35,549 bases of DNA from Macrostomum lignano (taxonomy: Eukaryota). The DNA is taken from NCBI GenBank assembly GCA_002269645.1, contig NIVC01003783.1, forward strand, positions 1 through 35,549. The letters are read 5' to 3'. The stretch's first letter is position 1. Every line of letters starts with the position of its first letter. Positions 11,411-22,388 of this stretch are shown here, piece by piece. The notes under the pieces are model-generated. The model made no database searches and was not told the DNA's origin. It was given only the letters and a program-made list of their open reading frames with translations. The position numbers and the translations under genes were made by a program.

Positions 11411-11729
11411 CTAATGTTTTTCATGCATTGAACGTTTAGTACAATACATATAAAATAAATTGTCTCTGGCAAAATTTTCAATCATCGTTAAACAATCAAT
11501 CTTTGACTGAATCGTTGTTAGTATGGTAAACCATAGTAACAATAACTTTCAATTCTTAGTTGTGCATTTGTTTAGTACAACAACCTTTGCTTAAAATCAA
11601 TATTGCCTATTTAAAAATCACTTTATCTACTAATCTCAATAATATTTCTGCTATATATTTCTGCTATATTTCTACGGAGGCCCGACGTGCCCGCAACCAA
11701 CGCTGCAACGAGCGCCGACGGTAACTACG

Positions 11730-12510
11730 GATACTGCGGGCCAGCTACCGGCGGATGGGGGACCTAGGGAAGGCGAGGCTGCTGTTCGGCCGAAAGGAGT
11801 CACAGCGACCCCTGCCCCCAGGATACAACCCCCGCTGGTGAGCAACCCAGTAAACCTGCTACCAGCGCAGTCGGGCCTTCGGGAACTGCCGCCACCAACT
11901 ACGCCTAAAAGGTCAAGCTCCAACCGGCGGTCATCGTCTTCGAGGAAGAGCAAGACCTCACGGCCAACGAGCATGACAGTGCCTGGCGCACCATTGATGC
12001 TGCGCTCATTGACCAGCTCCTGGCAGGCCGCCCCGTGAGCATGGTCAAATCTGCCAAGACCGACGGCTGCATTTTCATCTGGTGCAACTCGGAGGAGAGT
12101 AGCCGCAGTCTACGCAAGCTTCTGCCAAAGCTGAACTGGCCCAAGAAGCTCGGCAAGCTCGTCTTCGCCAGCGAGGGCGAGCGACAAAAAAACCCTGCGT
12201 TTTCGCGTCTGGATCCTGGCCGGCAGTGGCATTAAATCTGGAGATCAGCTTAGGCAGATCCTGCTAAAGCTGCATCCTAACCTTGAGGTCAACGGGCTCC
12301 TACACCACACCACTTCCCACAAGGAGAAGGGGGCCACGGTGATCCTAGGGCTCTGCGATGACTGGGCGAAGCGCTTGCCACCTAAGTTCACAATCCACCT
12401 TGGCCTGATTCAGCTGACCATCCTCCATTGCGAGGAGCGGAAAGCTGATCAAGCCAAGCTTCCAAAACCGGAACTGGGGCCCAGGCTCCTCCGGCAAAGA
12501 AGCTGAGGCA
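11730..12510 (+). pseudogene. LINE ORF1 remnant (possibly DUF4780-like)
   Basis: Frameshifted reading ...KLQPAVIVFEEEQD...VKSAKTDGCIFIWC...LRQILLKLHPNLEVNG...GATVILG; positioned upstream of RT. Family assignment tentative. Confidence 0.45.
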
Positions 12511-12899
12511 AACGGCCGATCCCAAGCCCAGTAGGGCAGTTCGCGCTGCTGAAACCGGAAATCGCAAAGGCAGACCCGCCAGGAGCACCCGGAGGTCCAG
12601 TTTGATCCAGCGCGCGCTGGACTAAGCCAAGAGCCTCCGGGCATATTGTGAGCGGGCCCGCGCTTCTCGCGCTCCACCCAACAGCCAGAAGGCCAGACTA
12701 TAGGCAAGGAGGCGCCGACCGACTGGTTCGAGTCTGCGACTCACCAGGAGGCTGGCACCGCCCGTATCGATCTGACTGATAAGGTGGAGGGGACGGGCAG
12801 TGACAACACTGAAGCCTGCAGGGGAGGCGACGGTAATGTCCACGCTGGGCTCATGCCCGTGGACTCCACAGCCACCCTAACTGCCGAGGAGCTAGAGGG

Positions 12900-14350
12900 C
12901 TCATGTCCCACCTCCCGAATTGTAAAAGCACTTACGCTGGACAAAATGTCTAAGCTTTCCTCGGTCAAATGCACCGACGGTACGTCCACGGACAAACCAA
13001 GGGAAACGCTTAATGTAATGCTCACTGCGTTTTTCCCCAATGAGCCAGCTAACCCGACCACTCCGGATCACTCGGAGGGAGGTCGAGCGTTGGCTGCCTC
13101 TATCATCACGGAGGACCGCATCGTGAGAGCGGCTAACTACTTCAAACTTTTCAAAGCCCCAGGACCCGACGGCATTGTACCTGCTCTTCTAAGAGAGGCG
13201 GTTAAATGCCCAGGCTTCCTGCGTAAACTTTGCAGCCTTTATGGGCGTGCATCACGCTTGGTTATGTCCCACAGGCATGGACCGAGGCAAAGGTGATTTT
13301 TATCCCTAAGCCAGGCCAGGCCGTCCAGACTACCATTCTATCAAATCCTTCAGACTGATCAGCCTCCAACCTCCAACCTCAACCTCCTCTCTGGTCAAGC
13401 TGATGGAGAGACTGGTGCTTTGGCGCCTTCTCTCTGTAGACCTGAAGAACAAGCCTCTTAGCGAGAACCAGCACGCTTTTCGGGCGGGTCGCTCCACTGA
13501 AAGCGCGCTGCGCATCAGGTCAATAAACTTGAGAAGGCCGTGCTTGGTAATGGCTTCGCTCTGGGGATCTTCCTGGACATCATTGGCGCCTTTGATAAAG
13601 TCCTCTTTAAGGCGTTCCAAAGAGCTCTTTGTAAGAGGCAAACGCACTCACATCTCAACAGGTGGATCATGTACATGATCAGCCATCGCACGGCCACCGC
13701 TAGTCCGCTGGGCCACCAGAGGACGGTTCCCCTCTGCAAAGGTAGCCCGCAAGGTGGGGTGCTGTCTCCAGTTCTCTGGAACATGGTCATCAATGAGCTC
13801 CTTCGGGATGCTCTGCCTGACCCCATTCTGAAAGTGGGATATGCGGACAATGTCACTGCGGTGGTATCTGGTCCATCCCCTGATACCCTCAGGTACCTTC
13901 CTCAGAATTTCATCGACGCCGCAGCGATCATGTTCACCAGCAGGACCAAGTGGCAGATTCGGCCGCTCACGCTTTACGGAACGGAAATCCCCTTCTGCAA
14001 GCAGACTAAATGTCTAGGTATTACCCTGGACCACAGACTAAACTGGTGCTTGCGAAACATTCAAGCGAAAGCCAAGAGGGCCCTTGCAGTCCTTGCGCTG
14101 TCGGCACCACCAAGGGACTTACCCCCAAGCGCTTCTGGTGGATCTACACTGCAATGGTTAGGCCTGCTATCTCATATGGCATTCTGATCTGGGCCAGTGC
14201 CCTGCAGTTAAAGACTTGCCTGGAGGCTCTCAGAAGGATGCAAAGGTGCGCATGCCGCATGATCATGAGCACCCCCATCTGCTCCTTACGATGGCCTCAA
14301 TGCCTTCTTCAACATTCCCTTACTAGACATCTTTGTCCGCAGGAAAGTGG
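12900..14350 (+). pseudogene. LINE reverse transcriptase (frameshifted)
   Basis: KAPGPDGI, QHAFRAGRSTESAL, LGIFLDIIGAFDKV, GSPQGGVLSPVLWN, GYADN (YADD degenerate), KCLGITLDHRLNW. Confidence 0.93.
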
Positions 14351-14579
14351 CTAAGACAGCCATGGCCCTGTGGGGCAGGATACGAATGCTAGCATCAATT
14401 ATATCGTGGGCAAAGCGCAAGCTCTTGCCTCACGCTGACCTTTGCCTCAAGGACTTGAGAGACGGCGGCGGGCTCCACGTCTTATCTGATGGTGAACCCC
14501 GCATTCTCAACTTCTTTCAGCGCTATAAGGTTACCATCCCCTCTAGGGATACTGTTACTGATCACTGGAATTTCTAGGA

Positions 14580-15320
14580 GGTCCATTGCTATATGGACGG
14601 ATCCATCAAAGATGGCCTCGCCGGCTGTGGGGTCTGCATCATCATAATGGCCGCGTAATTGCCACGCATGCCTAGCACAATGGCAAACTCTCCACAGTCT
14701 TCCAGAACGAAGTCCTTGCCATCAGCTCCTGCGCTGCAGAGCTGAACACCAAGGGTACGAGAGTAGAGACTATTATCATCCACTTTGATAGCCAAGCGGC
14801 CTTACAGGCCCTTTGCCACACCACAATGAACTCCTGGACAATCGCTGACTGTGTCCGGCAGCTCAACCTCCTGGCCAGTAGCAATACTATTAGGCTGAAG
14901 TGGATCCCAGGGCACGCAGGGTTTCCGGGAAACGAGCTGGCAGACACCCTTGCCACGAGGGGCGGCTATGGCTCTTTCTTTGGCCTTGCCCCCTTGGTCC
15001 CTATGCCCTTGATGGTCATCAATCGTCAGATGGATGACTGGGCGGACTCCCTCAATAGGGAAAGATAGGCAAGCACCCAAAACTACTAGCAATCTCGTGT
15101 TGCGGTTCCGTGTCCCTCTTGCAGGCTCAAAAACATCCTTCTGAAGCAAAATCGGAAGGATATTCGTGCCCTTGTCATGACCCTTACTGGCAATGGCTAC
15201 CTCGCCAGGCACTGCTTCCTCCGAGGTGACCTCGAGAGCGAACTTTGCCCTTTTGTGAGTACGACAATGAAGATGCTCAGCACTTTGTTTGTCACTGCCT
15301 TTTCTTTACCAGAGACCGGC
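14580..15320 (+). pseudogene. LINE RNase H and C-terminal CCHC knuckle
   Basis: YMDGS, STVFQNEVLAI, IHFDSQAALQAL, LKWIPGHAGFPGNELADTLA; later LTGNGYL...CPFCEYDNEDAQHFVCHC. Confidence 0.9.
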
Positions 15321-15558
15321 TATGCTAACTTAAGCTGAACCCATCCATTGACGAGGTCTGCCAGCCCGATAGCATCCCATGGCTTATCAAGTTTCTTCAG
15401 GCGACAAGACGAGCCACTTTCTTCCCCACGGAAGATCACGCTGCAGGACGGACTGGCAGACAATCCTGACTGGCCCATACGCCTCTGACATCTGCAGACC
15501 TTCAGGGGCTAGTGGAATGGGCAACCCTCGCCTCCCTGCTATGTCTATTACCTTGCAG

Positions 15559-15835
15559 CTAAGCAAAAAAGAGAAAAAGGAGCAGTTTTTGAAAGATATG
15601 CAGAAATCCAACTAGTGCAAGTTGCATCATCCATAGGGATGACTGAATTTAACAGTCGAATATTGCTCTTAGAGTACGTGCTGCAAGCCTGGAAGGAAGG
15701 TACGGCTCTTGGAATTGAAATTCAAAGTGAACCACTCTAACGCAAACCACTCCAACACCTGCCTCAAAGAGACCGGACAAGCGCATCTGACGAAAATGTT
15801 TTTGACAAATTGTATCACTTCGAAATGTTTCGAGG
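15559..15835 (+). pseudogene. Unidentified exon-like segment with one in-frame stop
   Basis: Bounded by CCTTGCAG acceptor and GTAAG donor; reads AKQKREKGAVFERYAEIQLVQ...*...DKLYHFEMFR; not recognised. Confidence 0.3.
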
Positions 15836-16779
15836 TAAGTATTATAATCATATATGATATTGACTTGCAAAAAGTTGCAAAGTTTGCAAAGTATTTTTGA
15901 GTTGCTGTTTAGCTTTCATTTAAAATAGCTAGGCTATATGCAATTCCTATATTATATGCATGACCCCATGCACACTAGTGAAGTGATCTTCATTTAAGCA
16001 TGTTATGCCCAATGTTATTTTTTAGTCTAATGCGAACTTCAGAAGGTTTTTCTATCAGGAAAGTACAGCACATGCTTGTGCGGCAGTAAAGATCCTATTG
16101 CGTGAAGCGAACACCAATGAAATGCGTTATAGAAATCATAAATATAATAGCATTCAGTGAGAATGAAGCCTTCCCTTTGTCTCCTGGCCCTCGTCCGCCC
16201 TGGTCCCCTCTCGCCCTCCTGCGCTCGTGTCCTCGCCCCCTCGCCGACCTCAGCTCTCTGCCTCTTCGCCTCCTCAACTGCTCCGCTAGCTTGCCCCAAC
16301 AATCAAGCCTGAACTCTAATATCCTGGTCTAACAGAGATAAATCTGGACAAACGTCAATTCGTGCAACAGTGTTGATAAGTATCATGTGGCTCTATTTTT
16401 ACTGAATTGCTTAACAAATTTGCGTGATCAATATCCTATCAGAAATTGCAACCAACATGAATTAGTAATAAACATATTTGTTGAAGCTTAGAGATCGAGA
16501 GAAGCAAATCGAACCTCGGACTTATTCAATTCACCAGAAGCATCGACGATTGTAGACATCGTCAAAGAGGGGGGAACACCCCCACGACATTTAAAACATT
16601 TGACTGGCTCCCCGACCTTGTTTCTCTCCGTAATTTCCTTCAACATGCCTGGCTTCAATATGCTGGGATAAATACCTCCGTGGAGCTGACTATTAGCCAG
16701 TGATGGCATCTTAGAGTCAGTAAAAAAAAGTTAAAAAGTTTACAAAATGTAAAAACGAATTCAATTTGCTATATATATG

Positions 16780-17315
16780 TATTAGGGCATTTTTTAGGAA
16801 TGGGAATTAGTAGCGAAGCAGATATGCTTTTTGCCTACTGTCAGTAGTTTAGGTTTGGGAAAGTAATTAGAGCGGGGGAAAATCGCTAGTTTTCGGGATT
16901 CTCTAAAAGTATAGAGCAGTTTGGGGCTGGGAAAGCAGATCGTTCGCGGACTTGCGAAGTCTCAATTAGGAAAAGGTATGAGGCAGGGAAAATATTGGGA
17001 AATACGTAAAACTGTTTGAGTTAGTCGATGCCAACAACAGTGCACTACAAGGTAGTCAATGCCTAGCTTTTCGCACAAGTAAAGTAACAATAACCATTGC
17101 ATTCTGATTTTCTTTTCTTTTTTTTGAAGTAATAAAGTTTTTGTTAAATATTTCGGTTTTTCCTGCGTCACTCCTTATCACTAAATTAATAGAAATAGGG
17201 AAGCAGTAAGCCTGGTGGCAGCAAATCTACCAAAATCTAAAACCAGTAAATCCACTAGTAAAATCCTTAGCAGTAGAAACCAGTAGCCCTAATTGCGAGG
17301 TACCACGCGTGTCCA
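16780..17315 (+). mobile_element. LTR-E (5' LTR, start approximate)
   Basis: Ends ...GTGTCCA, then AT and PBS-like TGGTGGCAGCTTAGAGGAT at 17318; AATAAA at ~17131. Confidence 0.5.
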
Positions 17316-17777
17316 ATTGGTGGCAGCTTAGAGGATTAGAATACCCGAGAAGCGCATACATTAGACTGGTGCATAGAAAGGATTAGTGGATTAGTAAGAG
17401 GATTAACGGATTAACTCATATGTGCTGAAATGAGAACTAAAACTAACACAAAATTACTAATTAGGTTCTAAATTAGAGAATTAATGTACATAGTCAGTTG
17501 GTCTAAGATTGTCTGATCTCAGATTAACGGATTAGGAACGGATTAACGCTCCTGAAAGGAATTTTAACTTAGTTTCTTCGCTAGAAGATTAGTAAGGTCT
17601 CAATTAAGACCAGAAGTAAGGCGGAAGTAATAAAGCTAGTAGTCGATGCTATTTTATTAACTAAAGTCTTACCATTAGGCAAATTAGCAGCTAAATTTGG
17701 AGTCTTGCCAATTTACTGACCAAAATTATTAAACCAGAAGCGTTAATTCTAAAATCTAACCTAAAAACTAAACTAAT

Positions 17778-18805
17778 ATGGAAGCTAATGACGTAGTAGA
17801 AGCACTGGCTGAAGGCATTAGAGACAGGCTAGACATTAAGAAACACATTAGGATCCAAAAATACACGCCTAATCAGGATATAGACGTGTGGATTCAAGCT
17901 TGTGAGCAGAGGTGTATCGCAGATGAGATACCAGCAGCTGAGTGGAAGAATGAGCTACTGTCTAACCTAGATGTTCAGTCAGCGTTCGCTATCGTGACAA
18001 GGCTAAATTTAGACCCTAATCTTCCATATGTACAATTTAAGGATAGACTAATCGAGCGGTTTACGCATGTAGGTAGTGCTCAAGAAGCTAGGGAAGAGTT
18101 CCGTAGTAGGTTCCAGTGCAAAATGAAAGCACTGATGACTACGCTGAAAAGCTGACAGAGCTAGCATGCAGGGCGTTTCCCCATCTAACTAACGATCAGA
18201 GACAGGAAGAGGCGGTGCAACAATTTATTAGAGGTGTTAGGGTTGCCCCAGAGACTAGAGAGAAGCTACTGCTAGCTCAGGTAAACTCGCTTCAAGAGAC
18301 ACGTCGAGTCTTGCGACGTATTGAAATGGCGTACGCTATGTCTCGCCGAGGTAGAGACCCGCAGCAGTGTAAGGCAACTGGAGGAGAAGAAGCTGAGAAT
18401 AGCTTGAAGGAATTAGTCCGCAAACAGGGTGAGGCGCTAGAAAACCAGCAGAAGGTGCTTCACGAGTTACTCCGACACCACCAGAGTGTTGAGCAAAAGG
18501 TCAAGCAGCAGCAGCCGTCAGGTCAGCAGCAGCAAGGCCAGAATCAGCAGAGAGGTCCCCCAGTAAAGTGTAACAGGTGTGGCAAGCTAGGTCACATAGC
18601 TAAGAATTGCAGACAGCCACATCCTCAGAACCAGCTTAGGTACCCGGCTCAGCAGCAGATGCAGTATCAGCAGCCGCAGTATCAGCAGCCGATGTACTCA
18701 CAGCAGCAAATGCAGCCGCAGTATCCGCAGCCGCATTACCCTCAGCAGCAGAATTCGGGAAACGGAATAGACGGAAGCGTCGGAGGCAACGCTTTCCAGC
18801 AGTAG
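17778..18805 (+). pseudogene. gag: Gypsy gag (one frameshift ~18115)
   Basis: YTPNQDIDVWIQACEQ..., QNESTDDYAEKLTELACRAFP, zinc knuckle CNRCGKLGHIAKNC, Gln-rich tail. Confidence 0.9.
18757..18797 (+). promoter_or_regulatory. -1 programmed ribosomal frameshift signal (gag-pol)
   Basis: G GGA AAC heptamer in the gag frame; the -1 frame is the protease frame (19081 VYLLDTG); 9-nt spacer then hairpin GGAAGCGT/ACGCTTTCC. Confidence 0.8.
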
Positions 18806-19029
18806 ATCCTTAACAGACTGTAGCCTCACAACCTGTAAATAGCAGCGATAGTTATTCTGTAAATAGTGAATTAAATTCTTCAGTGTATAACAGTAGGCAT
18901 GCGTAAACATTTAATCAATCATTTAATCAGCCAAACATTTACTCTCAGCACTTTTCAAACGCACCACAACAACAGCGTTATTCTAACAAGCAGCAGCTAA
19001 AACAACCAAAAATAATTGAACAAACTAAA

Positions 19030-19145
19030 AAGCAAAGTTACGATCCGTACATCACTGGCAGCATTTTAAATAAGGAAATAGTTTATCTATTAGACACTGG
19101 CAGTAATAGAAATATCTTAGGACGCGAAACCTGGAAGCATCTTTT
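19030..19145 (+). pseudogene. pol: Gypsy aspartic protease N-terminal half
   Basis: DPYITGSILNKEIVYLLDTGSNRNILGRETWKHL (DTG motif); interrupted by the Penelope-like element. Confidence 0.9.
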
Positions 19146-19149
19146 CTTC

Positions 19150-19828
19150 CAGGCCATTCTTCCATTGCCATGGGCAGAGGGCATCGAATCTCAGCATAAG
19201 AATGGCCTGATTCGCTGCTTTCTGCATAGAGCTTTTCTGATATGTAGCTCCTGGAAACTGTTTCATGATGAGGTGGAACAGCTTACTGGCCATCTCATTG
19301 GGAATGGTTACCCGAGGAACTATGTGTCTCTCATTGTGAACTAGTTTTTAAATAACAAGCTGACTAATCAACAGAGCACTCAGGAGTATAATGCTAGAGT
19401 AACTAACAGCCCTACGATTGTGTTGCCGTTTTTTGGCCTATGCTCTATTGAGTTTAAGAAGAAAGTTTAAAAACTGTTCAAAAAAAGCCTCAACGTTCAG
19501 CTTAGGATCACGTTCCGCACAGAGAAGGTGTCCCAGTACTCGTATGTCTGCAACTTGAAGTCCCGTGTCCCTCGGCCTCTCAATGCAGGTGTCGTTTATA
19601 AATTTCATTGCTCTGGCGACCAGAGTATTTCGTACATCGGAAAAACTAAGCGACACTTGTACACTAGGGTCAAGGAGCACTGGACCAAAAGATCTGCTGT
19701 ACAGGAGCACCTTCTCACATGCAACTCATGCTGTAACAACAAACCGATCGATTTATTTAAGATTATCGATTCTTGCCGCCATGAGCACACTTTGAATATC
19801 TTAGAGGCTATGTACATCAAAGATCAGA
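19150..19828 (+). pseudogene. Penelope RT thumb plus GIY-YIG endonuclease (continues 23549-23673)
   Basis: VVYKFHC...YIGKTKRHLYTRVKEH...LNILEAMYIKDQ; removing the insert and one AGA restores IKDQ-NPSLNCQL in frame. Confidence 0.92.
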
Positions 19829-21229
19829 CCCGCTGGAAAATGGTGCCTCAGCGCAAGCGTGATTTTGGCGTTTTTTAAGCAGAGAAGGCGAGTTTTGGGT
19901 GTGCAGAGCGTGCTTTGGGCTGGCTGAGTGTCAGTTAGGCGTAAAATTGGGGTGGTGGGTGGGGGGAGAGAAAAACGCCAAACCCGCTTAACCAGCTAAT
20001 AAACGCCTGGGCAACTTAGGCAGCTAATTTTACGCGCAACCAGCTGGAAAGACGCCTAGGCAGCTAAGTTTACGGCCATGTAGGAAAGTACGCTTGGGCC
20101 GCCGAAATTACGCTCTGCCCGCCCAAATGACGCTTTGGCTGCTCTGACAGCCAATTTTACGCTCAACCAACTGAAGTGACGCTTAGACAGCTAAGCTTAC
20201 GCCCAACCAGTTGGAATGACGCCTAGCCAGCTAAGTTTACGCCAACGGGATCATGCAAAGTACCGTCGCGCGCTGGTCACCGCCGTCGCTGAATTCAACG
20301 GCCGCGCGGCCGCCGCGCGCGTGGCAGTGACATGAATAATTTCTCGACGTCATCCCGCCGCCCCGCACGGTCAGCAGTCGGCTGACGGCCAGCCGCAACG
20401 ATGTGGCTAATATCGCAGCCAGATACAAGGAGCTAGTAGGGGAGATCACGAGCGCGATTGAAAATTTCATGGCTCCATATTCGGTGTCAATATTGTTACA
20501 GTATTAGCTTGCATGGTTGACTTTGCCAGGAAGCTGCACATTTACTAGCAACATGTTGCCGCTGTATTATCACTGCGGTAGATTATACCCTTTCTGACAC
20601 CTTGCATTACGTTCTGAAACGCAACAATACAATTGAAAGTAATAATTAAAGTAGACTTTTTGATGGAATACAGTAATTCTGTTGGCAAAAGACCGGAAGC
20701 AAATGTTTTATTTGGAATTTAACTGCCGTCGAAGGCCCACTTTAAAAGACCAATGATGACTAATTATGAAATGTATTTCAATTGCGCAACTTGTTGAAAA
20801 CATCTATTATAGGCATGAATGAACTGAGCGAGCACCCAACGTGTGTCTACAATTAACGACAATTGCGTTATCTTGCTCGAGTGGAATAGGCACAGATTCA
20901 AATTGCATTGTATTTTTCGCTCAGATCATGCCCAAAGAAGAGTAGTGCTGCACTTCTGTGATCTGCACTTACATTTAACTGGCTGGCATAACAGGCCTCT
21001 GCCTAAACCGGAGCTCTCTAATACTAAAAGTATTTTAGTCAATACTTGGAATGACTGGACCAACTTTTGTGTTTAGTAGTCGTTTATTTGTTGCCTAATT
21101 GTTGTGGCTTTGTGCAATGTTAAAATAAGTATAGGAGATTAGTAAGAGTAATCTGTTAAATGTTTCTTCATCTTTCATTGTAGGCAGCTTTCTAGCTGTA
21201 CACTTTTTTGGCTTGTACTTAATTAATTA

Positions 21230-22369
21230 TGTGGTGATCCAGCGTAGCTAGCATAGGCTGCTCCTGGGATCCCCCCTTAGTCAGTTAGTGCTTGGGCTGC
21301 AGCAGTGGGAGCTGGGCATAGGGCTGTCCTTTCCCCTTCTTCCTTGTGCAGGCTCAGGTGTGCAGCTGTCGCGGGACAGGGAGAGAAACTCTCTCCCCCT
21401 CTCCCCCTGGCGCAGTCTGCAATGGGCTAAAAATAGAAACATTAGTCAGTGGGATATTTCTCCTTTAGTACAGGCTTATTTAGTCAGCGGGAGTGAGAGC
21501 ATAGCTCTCCGCCCGGGGTAGGATTTCGTGGGGTCTTGGTTGCACTCCTTGCATGCGGCAACATGCAAGCAGTGTACCAGCAGGCCATGCGGAGGCTGCA
21601 TGATGAGGCAGATGTCTTATGGACATCTCCAAGATCGCTCCTGGCTCCGGGTAGTCCACGGAACTGCCATGGGATCTGCCACGGAACTGCCTCTGAGCTT
21701 CCCATTGGCCCTGAGACCCCCGAAATTTAGTATAAATACAGAATAGGTGAAGGCCCAAAGAGACCATCTTCCTCTCGGAGACCGCCTGCTTGGCTTCGAG
21801 CAAAGGCTAGTATTCCTAGATGCTTTTCCTAGACGAACTAGCTTAGGCAGATCGCTAGACGCTTTTCCTAGGGATAACCTGCTAACAAATCCTTGTTGCA
21901 GCTGCCATTTGCTCATTAAGACTGCCGCAGGTCCTTGTGTCAGCAGCTCACCAGACCTTCAACACCGTCTGGACCTGGTCTCGTGGCCTACAACCTACAC
22001 TGTTGGGCAACATCAACTGACGCACAGTACAGCTTAGGGCGTTTACTGCCACACCAGTTGAGCTACTAAACGATATTTTAGGATCGGCCTGTGACCGTTA
22101 CTCACATTAATAAACGTTTAACTGACTTGTTTGTCTTATTTATTTTCTACTTATCAGTAGGCCTACCTAGGGGTAACCTGTCGAGGATATCACCTGTAGA
22201 CCTACAAGGTGGCAGCAACCCAACTACCAATACTCGGTTATTATCTAACTGTACTCAGTGGAGACTAAGAGGGGTTAATTCGGACCATAGTGCTAGACCA
22301 CTCAGGCCAGCTACCGGCCGTGCTAGATAGCGAGGACAGACAGAGGAAGCAGTAGGCACAGCCATTACA
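21230..22369 (+). mobile_element. LTR-D (~1.14 kb) nested in transposon #2
   Basis: Starts TGTGGTG, ends CATTACA; TATAAATA ~21732; AATAAA ~22108; followed by a PBS, then truncated by ~22450. Confidence 0.75.
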
Positions 22370-22370
22370 C

Positions 22371-22388
22371 TGGTGGCAGCGGTGGGAT
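22371..22388 (+). promoter_or_regulatory. Primer-binding site, tRNA-Leu
   Basis: TGGTGGCAGCGGTGGGAT is the 18-nt complement of the metazoan tRNA-Leu(AAG) 3' end as I recall it (ATCCCACCGCTGCCACCA). Confidence 0.88.

Larger units (their letters stand above)
11673..15540 (+). mobile_element. Non-LTR retrotransposon with RNase H (LOA/R1-like), decayed, endonuclease domain absent
   Basis: Sharp GC increase at 11673; ORF1 remnant, RT, RNase H and C-terminal zinc knuckle in order; many stops and frameshifts. Possible weak TSD CTGCTAT (11661-11667 / 15536-15542). Confidence 0.85.

Noticed and set aside
11076-11414. 112-aa hydrophobic Cys/Phe-rich ORF as a membrane protein
   Set aside because: It is the translation of a degenerate T-rich tandem repeat.
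12345-15212. Minus-strand ORFs over the LINE, and similar antisense ORFs over Gypsy, CACTA and the CtIP-like gene
   Set aside because: They are antisense shadows of plus-strand coding sequence.
21288-22330. Multiple 60-110 aa ORFs in LTR-D
   Set aside because: Overlapping frames on both strands in GC-rich LTR sequence, with no protein motifs.
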